Assembly (NCBI RefSeq): GCF_964204645.1
Contig: NC_134031.1
Coordinates: 1,984,001 to 2,048,000 of the forward strand
Length of the DNA: 64,000 bases
Source: Tubulanus polymorphus
Lineage: Eukaryota > Animalia > Nemertea
Direction: 5' to 3'
The notes beneath the pieces were generated by a model, which had not been told where the DNA came from, searched no databases, and saw only the letters and a program-made list of their open reading frames with translations. The position numbers were made by a program, and so were the translations under genes. This document shows, piece by piece, positions 12,549 to 27,847 of the stretch; the stretch's first letter is position 1; each line of letters begins with the position of its first letter.

Positions 12549-14003
12549 TTCAATGCAAGACAATCCATCAAAGCTGGTCGAAACCTTAGTTGGCGGAAAG
12601 TCCACACAAAAACAGTTCTATTTTTTTATCGAAGGCCGCCAGGCCTCAGGTCGACATCCACTCCATAGGACAGGCTGGCGGCGGTATTCGTCACAAAAAT
12701 CGGCTACACACATTTACTAACTCCTGCCGGTGAATAATGGACACTGAATTTATTTCGGCATATATTACATTACTTCCAATATTTTATCTCAGCTGTAATA
12801 GAGACGTTCTTATTCGATGATTAAATGTGCGCCATTTGATTATATGTTTATTTTTCGTCATTCTCTCAAAATTCATAGATGCGTTAAAGCTTGTACGTGA
12901 AGAAATCAATATTTTCAGTTAAGAAATGATAAAACAACAGAATCTTATGGAACATAATTTTTTTTTCAATTCATTGTTCAATATTTATTTATCATGAAAT
13001 CTTGCACGATTGTTGATAAACAGACAATAAAATTTACAGAAAAAATGGTGTATATAAAATTTCTTTGTAAATAGGATAACAATGAAACAGACAAGATTAA
13101 CACTAATGCAAGTTACCAAATTTCAAAATATTTACATACATGCTGGAAAAAGTGGAAATAGAATGTGCCGCTAGAGAATGTGCAAGGCATGGTCTGCAAA
13201 TTTGCCTACGTAACTAGCAAATAGATGATAAAAAAGTAAAATCCTGAATTGGTCTTCCTTGTCGAGACTTCGAATGTTGGGGATCTTACAAATATTACAT
13301 AAAGTTCATCTCTCAGATTTTACCATCTAGAGCACACCATTATAAAATGGGATTCAGTTTCAACTTCCCTACATACGGTGCAAAGCCTATCTGCTTCGGG
13401 TATCTTTATATGCCTGCCCCTCTCGATGCGGGTGAGCGCTGACCAGTCTGGACTGCGATTTCTTGGGGTTCGACCCCAAATGGTCTAGGGCAAGACCGTA
13501 TTGGACGGCTTGGTCGGTATCAGATGGTTGTGGTCGGTGTTTAGTACTACCCAAGATCATCGACCTTGAAAACCGGCATTTCTTAACCCTGATATATAAA
13601 CGCAAATACAAATCTACTGTTTGTGTCTGGACTTTATTTATGGTTTATAGACGATAATCAAGCAAATAATAGCCCGAGAAAGAGCGAATAAAGGTGAATT
13701 TAGACACAGTCACTGCTTTTACAAATAGTCGTGGTTTACGGTTCCGTAACTACCCACATCGGAACAACAGCAAGAAAAAGTAGATTCTAGTTTGAACCAT
13801 TTGATTAAAAGATTTATCGCCTATTTATCGGCCCAATTCAAATGATCAATGACGTTACTATAATGTTAAATTCATTCAATGCAGTTTATTTTCCTTTATT
13901 TTCTAATTCAATAGGAGTATTAAGATGATTTGTTTATTTTTTGCCTGCTTTCTTCTACTCTAGGGCAGCCTAGTAGGTGTTATCGTAATAAGATAGATAA
14001 ATT

Positions 14004-16383
<2,380 letters not shown>

Positions 16384-17844
16384 TCCTCTTCTAATAATAA
16401 GACTATCAGCTAGGCTGTGCGAGTTCACTCCGTGATAAAACTTCAGACAATATTACGATCGTAACCTTTTGGAAAAAGTGGAAAATTCATGCCGGTAAAG
16501 GTTTCCGCTGCCACGAAGGTTGAATCGGCAGAAACTTCAATTGATAAAATAAGAACCGTTCATCGACGGGAGCGCGATCGATAGCTAAAAACCTGCATTT
16601 AAAACTCCTCGACGGTGTATTTCGACGAATGTTGTAAATATGTAAATAAATTGAATTGTGTATAAATGAAAACAAAATTATTCGATGAGCTTACTGGTAT
16701 TTTATTAGAAACCTTCCAAAAAAGTTCTCAAATAAATATATAAACAATGCCAGATATTATTAGCCTATCTGGCCTTTATAGTATTTATAATAAGTTTGAT
16801 TACATTGAAATGAGAATTTTTCTAATAAATGTACAAAGTTTTTTACAGGCTTTTGATCGTATTAAATCTAAATTTATCATCCATTAAAAGAAAGAAGTTT
16901 AAAAACACAGCTCTGAGTGGAAACGGCTTGAATTGCATAGAAACAAATGTATTAGCTGTGTTGAAGGTCGTGTGAATGAGGGGCACCTGCTTGCCTTGTT
17001 CTATCAATGACAATTATTATGCAATAGAATTCAAAACCAATATTTTCTAAAAGCACCAGATTGAAAAGAAACCTCAATAGTCATCCATGTCTGAAGTACT
17101 AAATAGTAAAATTAAACAATTTGAAAGGAAAATGGAAAATATTCCACTTTTTAAAGCTTTTTTCTCATTTGCCTTTTACTACATTTAATGATCTCACAAT
17201 ACTTCAATCTACCTATTTATCTCAATTACACTAAATATCTCAACCACAAAATCATATTTACTTAAACTATTTATTAATCATCTGGGACCAGTTTTCACAA
17301 TCTCAGTCAGACAGCGTTAATTGTCTTCCAGTTGCACAGTTAGGACATGTCTTTGAATTTTAAGACTGGTCGGATCGGCTATAGGAACTGATGAATAATC
17401 TTACAAATCTAAGCCTTGAATTAGCATTAATGGGCCTTAAAAAATTAAAAGCAATTGCCTAGACGGTGCAACTGGGCCCTCTGGATTTCTGAGGACTGAT
17501 CAATAAGACTTAATCATTTTTTGAAATCAACTTTTAAAAGATGTCGAAGAACAATCCTCTGTAAAACTGAGCCCAGAAGTCGATAAACCTATAAACTGAG
17601 CTAAATAATCTCAATAAAACTACCTGGCTATACGGCGTATAACCCTGCATTACAGAAATATCCATGAAACGAGAGTGAACAGTAAACCGGTACTTGTATC
17701 ACAGATAATATGGCACTTATTATACATAATTGAATGAGTGCACGACATTCAATGAAGATTCTGTCATGTGCGACGAGTTTTTGGCAAATTAACTACATGT
17801 AGCTGAGCAGCAATGAAATTATTCCTTAAGAAATATCAATCATT

Positions 17845-18025
17845 GACCCTTAAAATATTCTCATTTATGACAATCAAGTATTGACTATCGTTTTACAATA
17901 TGTATGGATGACCAACATTTTCGCTTAGGTTTTAGACCCTTAGACTATTTTCATTTATGACAATCAAATATTGACTGATGATTTAAAATATCTATGAATG
18001 ACCAACATCTTTGCTTAGGTTTTAA
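17845..18025. repeat. ~92-bp tandem duplication downstream of SLC25A35 stop
   Basis: tcatttatgacaatcaa…tgaccaacat…gcttaggtttta occurs twice. Confidence 0.7.
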
Positions 18026-18241
18026 AGTGAGTTTTTTTAAAGTCCAATATCTCTATCGAAATGAGGACTTTTTCGTAAAATTAAGTGCATGGAAAATTTC
18101 GCCTTTCACGTCTGACAATGGCTGCACATGTATGGGTATAGAAAATGAACTCATCATTCGACTTTAGACCCTAAAAACTTATCAGAAAACTCCGGAACTA
18201 GGTCCAGCAGACAAGAACCGCCGATCGATGTTAGTTAGTAA

Positions 18242-20350
18242 TTATGAATTTGCCGGTAAATACTGGTAGTACATTTGACGAGATTTCTCCCAGAAAACGA
18301 GACTGAGTACGGTGTGCGGCGCCAGTCGCAGAAACTGCGGTGCCCAGCCTTTATAAAAACCCCACACGCCTTCCGTGCGACAGATCTTCGCGAAACAGTC
18401 GAACACGTTTTTGTACGCGACGCCTTTTCCGTTACTGTCGAATCCCTGATTGTAAATACGCGTAGACATCACGTCGAACGGAGTCATACAAACCACGACG
18501 ACTACTCCACTTAAACAACTCGCGTAGAACGCCGTTAGAATGTGTCCCGGACTATTGATCTGAAAAATCGAATGAAAAAACAGGTCGCTACGGATCAGTC
18601 ATTCTTGTGGATATAACGAGTTCTAAAGTAGGAGAAAATTTCAAATTTTGAGAAAGCGTTCGCATCACTTTCATATCCCAATATCCCTCATAGATCGGTA
18701 CTGTTTATCTGATTCGGTGGTTTTGAAAGCAAATTCTTATTTTTCGAATTCTGTTACCGGCTTGGGCAACAAATCCTGGGGCCGGTTGCATAGTTATGGC
18801 TTAGACTTAAGACTAGTCTAAGACCAACTTAGTTCGATAGCCGATCTAACAAATTTAAGACCGGTCTTATGATTTAAGACCATTTTTGGACTTAAGTCAT
18901 GACTGAGCAACTGGCCCAAGGTCCTAACTGTAACAATTTAGGCGTAGTCTATCTACTGTACTAAAATTTCTAAATAGCTTACAGTGTTTTCGATGAGAGC
19001 CAGGTCCCAGGTCCCAGACCCGTCTGTTGTTTGTTAAGGACCCGCCTGTTTTTTCAAACCAGCTTTTGTTTCAGGGACTGTGACATAGGGGGACCCTCCT
19101 GTTTTTTAAAGGGACCTGGCTTGCTAATTTCTTATTGAAAACACTGGCTTATTCCTCAAAATTGAAGGAGTTTTAAAGGTGGTTTTTACACTCGTTACCT
19201 GCATGTCTTCTATATAGTGTTTAGCGTATGAAAACGTAGATAGCTGAGCCGCTGAACCGACCATTACTCGTAACATGGCCGCCTCAACTCCTCGCCATAA
19301 TCCGAACACGCCTCGTATTCTGTATATAGATCTAAATCCGTCAGCCATTGAGGTGTGTTCGTGTTGATGACCGACGGCTATCATTGAGGTAGCTTTAGAT
19401 TGTAGATGCGTCTTCAACTGAAATAAAAGCAGTTAAAGTATTTTTCAAAAACGTTACGTTTATAGAATGAATAGTGGGTATCGATCGGCAACCTGGAAAC
19501 ACTTTTCAAGACACTGAGTTACTAGTGTGAAAAACGGACGATTAATTTTTGAAAGTGCAGATTAAATGTCTAGCATTTGTAGTTAATTTTCAATTAAAAA
19601 TCTCCCGGGCGGTGAAGTACTGAACGCATGCAGTTTATTACGTAAGCATGAAATTTGACTTTTCAAGCCCCTCCCTCCCCCTGTACGCAAAATCAGCCAT
19701 TTTTTCATATACATTTAGCATTACAGTACGCAATTGCACTGACCCCTCCCCTAATGCGTACGTAATAAATGAATGATCCCTGGTCGACCAGTTTTTGAAA
19801 GTGTACTGATAGAATAGTGTTTGTAGTCCATTTTCAATTAGAAATCTTTAATCTATAAAGTTCTTAACCAAAAGAAAGGAGGGACGATTTAAATATTCGG
19901 AAGAATGCCGATAAACAATCGATGTCTGAGGGGTACAGGGTGCAAGGGGATCTCACATACCATATACATCGGGCTTCCAACTGATGCTCCTAAAACTCCG
20001 GCCAGCGCCCCCGCGCACACCGACTTCCACCAGATCGGTCGGCCGTTCTCGTCTTTCGTCAGTCCTAGATTCGTAAAACACTGGAACGCTCCTAACCGCA
20101 CGCCGTTCATAAACAACTGATACCACAACGCCGGTACGAGTCCGCTCTGTAAACTCAGAATTCCGTCGGTGCGACCGATTTTATAGAACGCGTGGAACAC
20201 GTTGCGATAATGAACGGTGTACATCCCGCGAGCTTGTAGCTCCCCCTGGAGCTGCATGCGAGTTTTAACCACTTCGAGCGGGTTCGTAAAGAACCCGGCT
20301 CCACACGCGGCTATTCCGCCTAAAACAAATTCCACGCGGTTATCGGTCAT
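18242..20350 (-). CDS. SLC25A35: Mitochondrial carrier SLC25A35/SLC25A34-like (OAC1-like), 3 coding exons
   Basis: Three carrier repeats with Px[DE]xx[KR]x[KR]-type motifs ([41 protein letters not shown]) and the AVGHQH motif of the A34/A35 subfamily. Exons 20350-19961, 19417-19199, 18559-18242. Confidence 0.9.
18779..18917. mobile_element. MITE family A, copy in SLC25A35 intron (more degenerate copies at ~17328-17479, ~41984-42104, ~50911-51118, ~53250-53347)
   Basis: ggccggttgcatagttatggcttagacttaagactagtc…ggacttaagtcatgactgagcaactggccc. Confidence 0.75.
19633..19780. mobile_element. Truncated Harbinger-like MITE (gggatcattcatttattacgtacgca terminus)
   Basis: tttattacgtaagca … tgcgtacgtaataaatgaatgatccc inverted ends with C-rich subterminal motifs. 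Confidence 0.55.
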
Positions 20351-21911
20351 TCTTGCGATGATTTAAAAATGGCGCCGAAATTTTTTCGCATTTTTTTCGT
20401 ACGGATAACCTTGATTACTGAGAAGTGTTGATTACTGCTTTAGCATCCCTTAATGTTATTGATTTGCTGAAAGAGAAATAATAAAAAAATCAAGGAATCA
20501 TGTATCATCAAGCGGTTATCCAGATTCAGAGCACAGACTGTCGAGTGCTCGACTCTTGCCTCTGCTCTCGTTTGGAGTGGGCACTGGTTTGTCCGTGTCT
20601 GGCCTATTTATGGTTTTTTTTTTAATAGGCCTCTAATACCTTTTCTTATCTTACCATAAACTTATCTTTTTAACAACACTAGTGCTAGACGGTGGAAAGT
20701 CCGTGACCTTAACTGCAGTAAACCGCATATCCGATTACAAAGTTTACCACGACGTAGGTAAAATACCCGCACGCACATCGCATGCTGTCAGTGTCATCGA
20801 ATAAAGTTTGAATTGAATTAGGTCGATTGATCAGGAGTGTGGTCAGTAAAATGTCGCGGAGAATTCACCAACAGTCATTCTGCCGTAAACTATCAAATTA
20901 CTGTTTAAATATGTAATAGGCACCTACGTAGATCCGGGTTAGAAACCCTCGTCTTTCTCATACGTACTTCTAAAATCAAAATTCTGTGTAGCAAACGGCG
21001 GCGGCCCGTGGCAGTGGAGGATTCTTTCTCTGGCAAGCGACGATTTCGAATGGCTTGTGGCTATATCACAGTTGTCAATATCCATTAATCTTCACCATTT
21101 CACGGATGTGGTTCAAATCCCACAAAGTAGATTCCGAAACGGTTGGCCTGGGTATGGTATTCGGACTAGATATGGTTAGTCTATGTACTGGTATCTATTA
21201 TCATTACCATGGTAATCAATATTGGCTGGACGAGACGCTCCAAAGCAAGTTATAGCACGCGCGGTTCCTGAGATTTCAATGTTTTTAAGTGCTGACCGTT
21301 GTGAAGCTTTATATCGGATGGGGCTTTTTTCGAAAATCCATAAAAGCGGTAACGTAATCTCATTTTCTCTGAATAACATAATGTATAGTTTATTTACACG
21401 AACGTTTTCGGGATTTTATCCCGTCATCAGGTGAAATACATGTGAATATCAATCACTGCATAAAACTACTGATTTATTTACACTAAAGGTTATCAAAGTG
21501 CTTAATTCCAAATTAATCGATACATTTTTGTGAAGTGAACTAAGAAGACAATTCTGGATGGATGTAATTTATATTAACAGTATTTGTAGTGAAGGTTATC
21601 ATCTTTTTGACTTGAAAAATCATTACGGATCATCTAGATTCCAAGCGATCATAGTTTTGCAAAGAGAAACCCAATGAAACCTAAGACAATTTCGGATAGA
21701 CTCACTTTGTATTTACAGTACTTGTAAGTAAGGGTTATCAAATTACAAATGCTAAATTCCAAGCTGGTTCGATACATTTTTTGCGAAGAGCAAGGTAAGG
21801 ACACTAGTTAGACATTCTGGAGTATGGACACTAAGACAATCTGGAGTATGTAGCCTAAAAACTTTTAGGACAATCTTGATAGTTCCATAACACATCGATA
21901 CGATATCATCA

Positions 21912-24900
21912 CTAATCGTCGAAATGGTTATACACGTCTCTATAAGCGTAACTTTTCGTTTGACGTTGCATGAGATCCAGTTTCTTCTTCCCATGTTTGA
22001 AATTATATAGCGGGGCACTAATGCCGGCTTTAAGCGCCTGTACTGTACTGTCGCTTTTCCCTTTTCTCGCCTTACTCTACGATAGAAAAATAGTAATCAA
22101 CAGGTTTCTTTCTTTCAATAGGTTTAGCCAATAAAGGAGGGGGGGGGGGGTGCCTTGGAAAAAATATAAAAAATGCACCATGTTATTTTTTTTTCAAGGC
22201 GCTAGTTAACCCAAGGTCGATTTTTAAAAACGTACCGATAAAGCGTCGTAACACCTAAGAGCCATGATGTTGGCGCGAAGATGTTTCGTTTCTTCTTCGA
22301 ATTGGATACAATCATCGTAAATTTCATCATCTTCGCTACCGCTGCTGACAGCTTCAGCCCTCCTTTTCATCATCCGATCCATCACTTCACTATTCAATAA
22401 ACAAAAATAATGAATACTATTTTGATATAACTGTTACATACGGGAGTATAGTAGAGCTTGCGCGTATCGTAGATTCTCAAAAATGATCTACTGGATCTAG
22501 TTCCTTGTTGTGAGCTAAGATTTGACTCTATAGAGTTAAAGCATTGAAAATGCACTGATTTTAACTTTAACTCATGACTGTGGAACTAGCTGTTGAATTA
22601 CCACATTTTCATTTACATCAGTTTTCTATCAATCAAGAAAAATCGAGTTCTTACTAAAAACATTTTCATTTGAGAAACTGGTACACTTACATTTGGTCGA
22701 CAGCGTGTTCGCTTTTGCCTTGTTGCGCTAGTTTGGACGCATGGCGTACCGCCGCCAGTCCTGTTACGGCAATGTTCATGTTCTTTTCCATTTCTTGACG
22801 GTCTTTAGTCGTCTTCAAGCGTTTACTAAGCACTCGAAGACACTTCGAACCATCTGCACGTTTGTAGGTGATCTGTGCCTACAAAAATGATGTTGATGTA
22901 TACGCATACAGAAGGTTACTTTGAGGAGGAATGTTTAAGGCTAGGCGAACGAATATTATACCTGGAATGGTAAAGTTTCTTTGATCGGTTGTGACGCCGG
23001 TTCTGAAAGAATATCATACTTCAGAACCACATCCGTATTTTTCATTGCAGCCCCGATTCTCTTACTCAATACGCTGCTCTTCTGCTGAAAATGAATAAGA
23101 AAATATTTTTAGCATCGACACAAAGCTAAGCGTACACGACGAGGGAAAAACAGACACACGTAAATAAACATGTTTTATCTCGGAAAATTGTTCCCGAAAC
23201 CATGTATGTTTCTCATTTTTCGTAAACGCACACGACACACGGAGCTAGAAAACATTCTGTATCCCGTATTCATGTTTCCCTGTGTCTTGTGCTTTGGGCT
23301 TTTAGAAAACTGCCTTCGGAGACCGAATAAGTCGCAGTTTTTGTACTTCTTTTAAAAGCTACCTCTTTTTCAGCTGAAGCGCCATCTTTTTCATCATCGA
23401 TAAAGTATAAAGACGGATGAAGGATAAATTTCAATTCGACGTCGGTTGCCACGACCGGGTTTTGTGATATGAGACGGATTTGCCGAGACAGTTCTGCCGC
23501 GTTCAAAACGGTGACGTCACCTCCGGTTATTTCGGAAACGACTGATATCGTCTGCAAGTTGACCTCGGCTCCCTTTATCGCTAGTATATTCACAACAGTT
23601 TGATACTGGCTGCAATATTCACCGACCTACGAACAAGAAAGGGGTATAGATCAGAAAATAGATTGGTCAGACAGCGAAACTAGTCTAAATGATTTTGTAG
23701 TCTTTCATCTCAGTTATACGGTTTCCGCGGCAATAGACTTTCTCCTCCATCACGTGTTGCCGGCTAGAGTAGTGTTGAGTTCCGGGCACTGAGTGGTAGG
23801 TACTTGTACGGGCTTGGCCTGAACCAGTTTTCCGAGGTCCGGAGTTGCCATAGTACGCAGTCACCCAGATAGAGCCAATCATTACGAAATATGGAACCTT
23901 CTTATATGTTTACCTGCGAATAGAAGCTTCTAGCATCTTCCAGGCTTTGGTTGCTGCCAATTCCACCTAAACCTTGGTTGGGCTGCCCATCGGTGCACAA
24001 AACTATCTCAGTGGCTGCCGATTGCGTGGCTATACCGCATGATACTAGTAATGCCGGGCCTAAAGCTGTACAGCCGCTGGTGGATAGACTGTTCACTTGT
24101 TTCCGAATCAGACTGAAAATAAGTTGTGCTTATATTCACCCTAGTGGTAACTTTTTCCATCAATTCCAAGAAAATCCGTAAAATGATACTATCAGCTAAT
24201 CACGCATGTTTTCAACACGCCGTTTATTCCTCCTTTTTACCTTTCAGATTCCGTAATCGATTTGTAGGAATTTTCCTCCCCGATTTTCCGTCCAGCCTCA
24301 AACAATTTGTCGAAATCGAATTGTAGACTAGAATCGATGGTCTGGTTTGCTTGCCTCTCGTCTCCGAGGATGTACACTTCGCTACCGAAATGAACTATAG
24401 CTATGCGACGTTTTGGCTTCGTGAGTTTCATTTCCATCACCTGTCTGTATGGAAGAAAACATACTATGTATAGAATACCGCTTAAGTGAATGTGATAAAA
24501 TCTCTTTAAACATTACCTCATAGAACAACAGGGTTCTGTTGGGCCTATTGGTGGGTTTCAAATAAGATAATTTTGGAGTTGAAGACATCGCTAACCCAAT
24601 CTTACTCAAACTGAAGGGTCAAATTCAGTCTTTAAAACCGAATCCAAATACACAGGTCTTAAGTCTGCAGAAAGGATTTATTTTTCAAATATGAGACAAC
24701 CGCGATTTTCAGTTACTTACTTGTTGATAGCAGTTTTCATACACTCGAGTGACGTCATATAGTTACTTTCACGGGCTGACCTTCCTTTTGCCTGACGCCA
24801 CTGGGCTGTAATCGGGAAAAATTGTTCGTGTCATCAAAATTACCACCAAAAGAAACCAATGCTTTTAAGATTATCAAATACATTTTTACATTAAATCTTA

Positions 24901-27847
24901 AGAATATCAATTGATGTGTTACAAACCTTGAGAATTCGGCACGGACTGGGATGCTGCCATAGAGCCACTTGTATCGATGCAATAAATTACTAAGCTGTCA
25001 TCATCGGAATCGTCTTTTGGCGTTTGGTTTTTAACCTCGGCAGGTGGAGTTATCATGTATTCAACAGTATCATCAACTGGCGCTTTCTGTTCGTCAGCTT
25101 TTAGATTGACATTCTCGTGGCAACAAAACTCACTGAAAAACAATAAGACAAGGGATTGAATGCGCAAGGAGTTTCGTAGCGGTCGGGTTTAGTACGTGAC
25201 GTCATGCACTCACCACACCCAACATTTATTATCGTCTGTTCCCGTCAATTCGCTGATTGATGACATTATTGCGTCACATCGGTCACATTTTCGAGCATCT
25301 GTTGCCGAGAATTCGAGCTTATCCTCTAGTTTGCCCAGACTGACCACGACGACGTTTGAATCAGCCATTTCACACGTTCTCGTCTTTTTGTTACATTTCG
25401 TCGTCTTTTTGTTACATTTCGTCGTCTTTTTGTTACATTTCGCTGGCAGCGGCGGCGGAGGTGGCATCCATTTCTGTGCATCGGACTCTTGGCCATCCGA
25501 GTCACTATTGGCCTCAGCATTTGTAGACGATTTCTTAGATGAGAACAATGATTTCAAGTGGTTTGTGAAAGAATTTTGTCGGGTGGGTTTCTTTGTTTCT
25601 TGCACTGGCAATTTAATACCTTTTCCTGAAAAGCAAATGCCTGAATATGAGTAACAGATTGAATAGAAATTGTTAACTGTTCTTTAAAGCAAAAAAAAAC
25701 TCTCGTTAACTCTATTAGCCGTAAATTAGATTAAAACACAAATCAGTAGCACGGTCACACGTATCATCGACCACTTTAGGGGTTTTTGATACCTTGTCTG
25801 ACTATCTGGGCTGTGAAGCTTCCGAAATTGGGTCATTTGAAGAAATAAGGCTATCACGAATTATGGATATCATTCTATCGAGCGACAGTATAGTGAAGTT
25901 ACCTTTAGTTTTTGCGACTTGTTTTTCCACTGGTTTCAAACCTGTGATTTTAACCTTTTTCCTATACGCGTCCTCAATCGTCGGGTCGTAATTTTCGACG
26001 AAGGTACCGAGGATATACTGCTGTACGATAGATGATTTACCTACTGCACCACTGCCCAGAATAACCAACTAAATTGCAGAAAGAATCGAATATGGAACTT
26101 AGCTAGCTTTATTTTCAAATTGACTCTCAGTTCGTTTGGTATTATAACTAGTCGACCCATAGCTCTGGAACTGGATGATGAATTGTTGTATGGGCATATC
26201 AAATATCTAAGAAGCTGTACGACTCTTAAAAAATGTAACGGCGTTCTACACTTAGTTTTACACGAAAGATCAAGTTAACATATATATATCGGGGTAAAAG
26301 AAAGAACCAAACAGTGCCTTAACATTATGATAATACAATCGGATATAGAACAAAAAGGGTTTAGACTGTCATAACCTTGATTGCGCAACCGGCTCCGAGT
26401 TGGCAAATTCACACTTTATAAGACCAAAACATCTACATTTTTCTATTTCAAGCAAATGAGAAAAACTTTCAATTTTAAGTTAAACAATAAGCATTTTATT
26501 CACCTTATAATCGACGCCCGTTCTCGGCATAGAACGGACTAAAGTCTCGAATGTTTCTGAGATGTTCTGGTTTAACAGCGCCGATGTCTCGATGAACGGT
26601 ATCCCGTGTGACTCGGCTAATTGCTCGCCTTCCTTTGACGTCACTACAGCTTTGCCCTTCAGATCGTTTTTGTTGGCCAACAAAATCTGTCAGATTGAAA
26701 TGAGCAATCCACTCTCAGATTCAAACGATAAAGAAACACTCCAACCTTTTAGTATGTATAGGCACGTATTGTTTAATGGTTGCAATTAAGTTTCAATGAT
26801 TTTTGGATGAGAATTTCATTTTAAGTACTCACGCCGTACACATCCGAGGAGCCTTTCACCGTTTTCGTCCACTCTATGATTCGTCGAACTTTTTCGAAAC
26901 TGTCGCGATCTACGATCGAATAAACGAATAGAAAACCTTCGGCACTTCGGACGTACTGGTCGCGCATGGCGGAGAACTCCTCCTGACCGGCTGTATCTAA
27001 GATATCCAACATACACGTCTGTGCGAAAGAGAAACGAAAGTCATGAGTAGAAGATGTGATAAGTGCTGTTTGAATTATTTTCGCAGGCATTTCTTGGAAA
27101 TGGCTCAATTCATTTATAGGAAAATGAACTGGATTCAATATTTTACTATGATAACAGTGTTTGTGGCCCATTAAATCCCATATACATACACTTAATCAGC
27201 GCCGATAGGAAGACAAACGATAATCAAGTCATTAACCAGAAAGTATGTCCTTAACATTCTTTCAACATTTCAATGACGATGATATAAAAAAATGCATTGT
27301 AAATCAATGATTTGATCTTTGAAATTAGTTCAGCTTCGCAATTTAGAGATCAAAATAAAAAATTCATCCCCGGGGGCCAATTGTATAGACCGGTGCTGAT
27401 TAACAAAAAGGAGCACCAGATGACGGTAAAGAGCCCGAAATCTCTTTTGACTTTTGATTTCGATTCTTGAATTTCGTTTTTAATCTTTTCTATTTGTATT
27501 TAGTGAATTTCATAATCTATTCGCCACGTTTGAGTGTTATACGAACTGTTATACCCTTTTAGACTATAGATAGAATAATATATGACTATGGTAAGGGTTT
27601 AAACGGTTAAAAAGGACCCCGCGCACAAAACTGTCCGCGTGAATTGTGCGGCCTGTATTAAAACTACCTCGCCGTCGTCGTATCTTTCCGACCTGCTTTC
27701 TCTCTTGCGTTTCGTGAGAACTTGCTCGATTTGTTCAGCGGTCATTGTATCGGCATCTTCGAATAGATCATCTGCTTCGAGCGTTTCAGTTTCGTTAGTT
27801 CGCTGCTCCCTCGGAACGACGTACGCGAATTCACTACCGAACTCCAT
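21912..27847 (-). CDS. Circularly permuted Ras protein (cpRas1-like): permuted Ras domain + Sec23/24-type Zn finger + vWA domain
   Basis: Exons give MEFGS...YDDGE|[15 protein letters not shown] (G3)...|ILLANKND (G4)...ETSAL (G5)...GVDYK|[12 protein letters not shown] (G1)...YDPTIED (G2), then CDRC...C/CEFC Zn finger, v[29 protein letters not shown]. Last exon 22076-21912 joins in frame (…[16 protein letters not shown]…NHFDD*). The terminal exon choice is my inference. Confidence 0.92.

Noticed and set aside
13458-13592. Telomerase RNA, U4atac or SECIS resemblance
   Set aside because: TTAACCCTGA is not a full TTAGGG template, the 12-nt U4atac-like match lacks the rest of the RNA, and the AUGA…GA stem does not pair.
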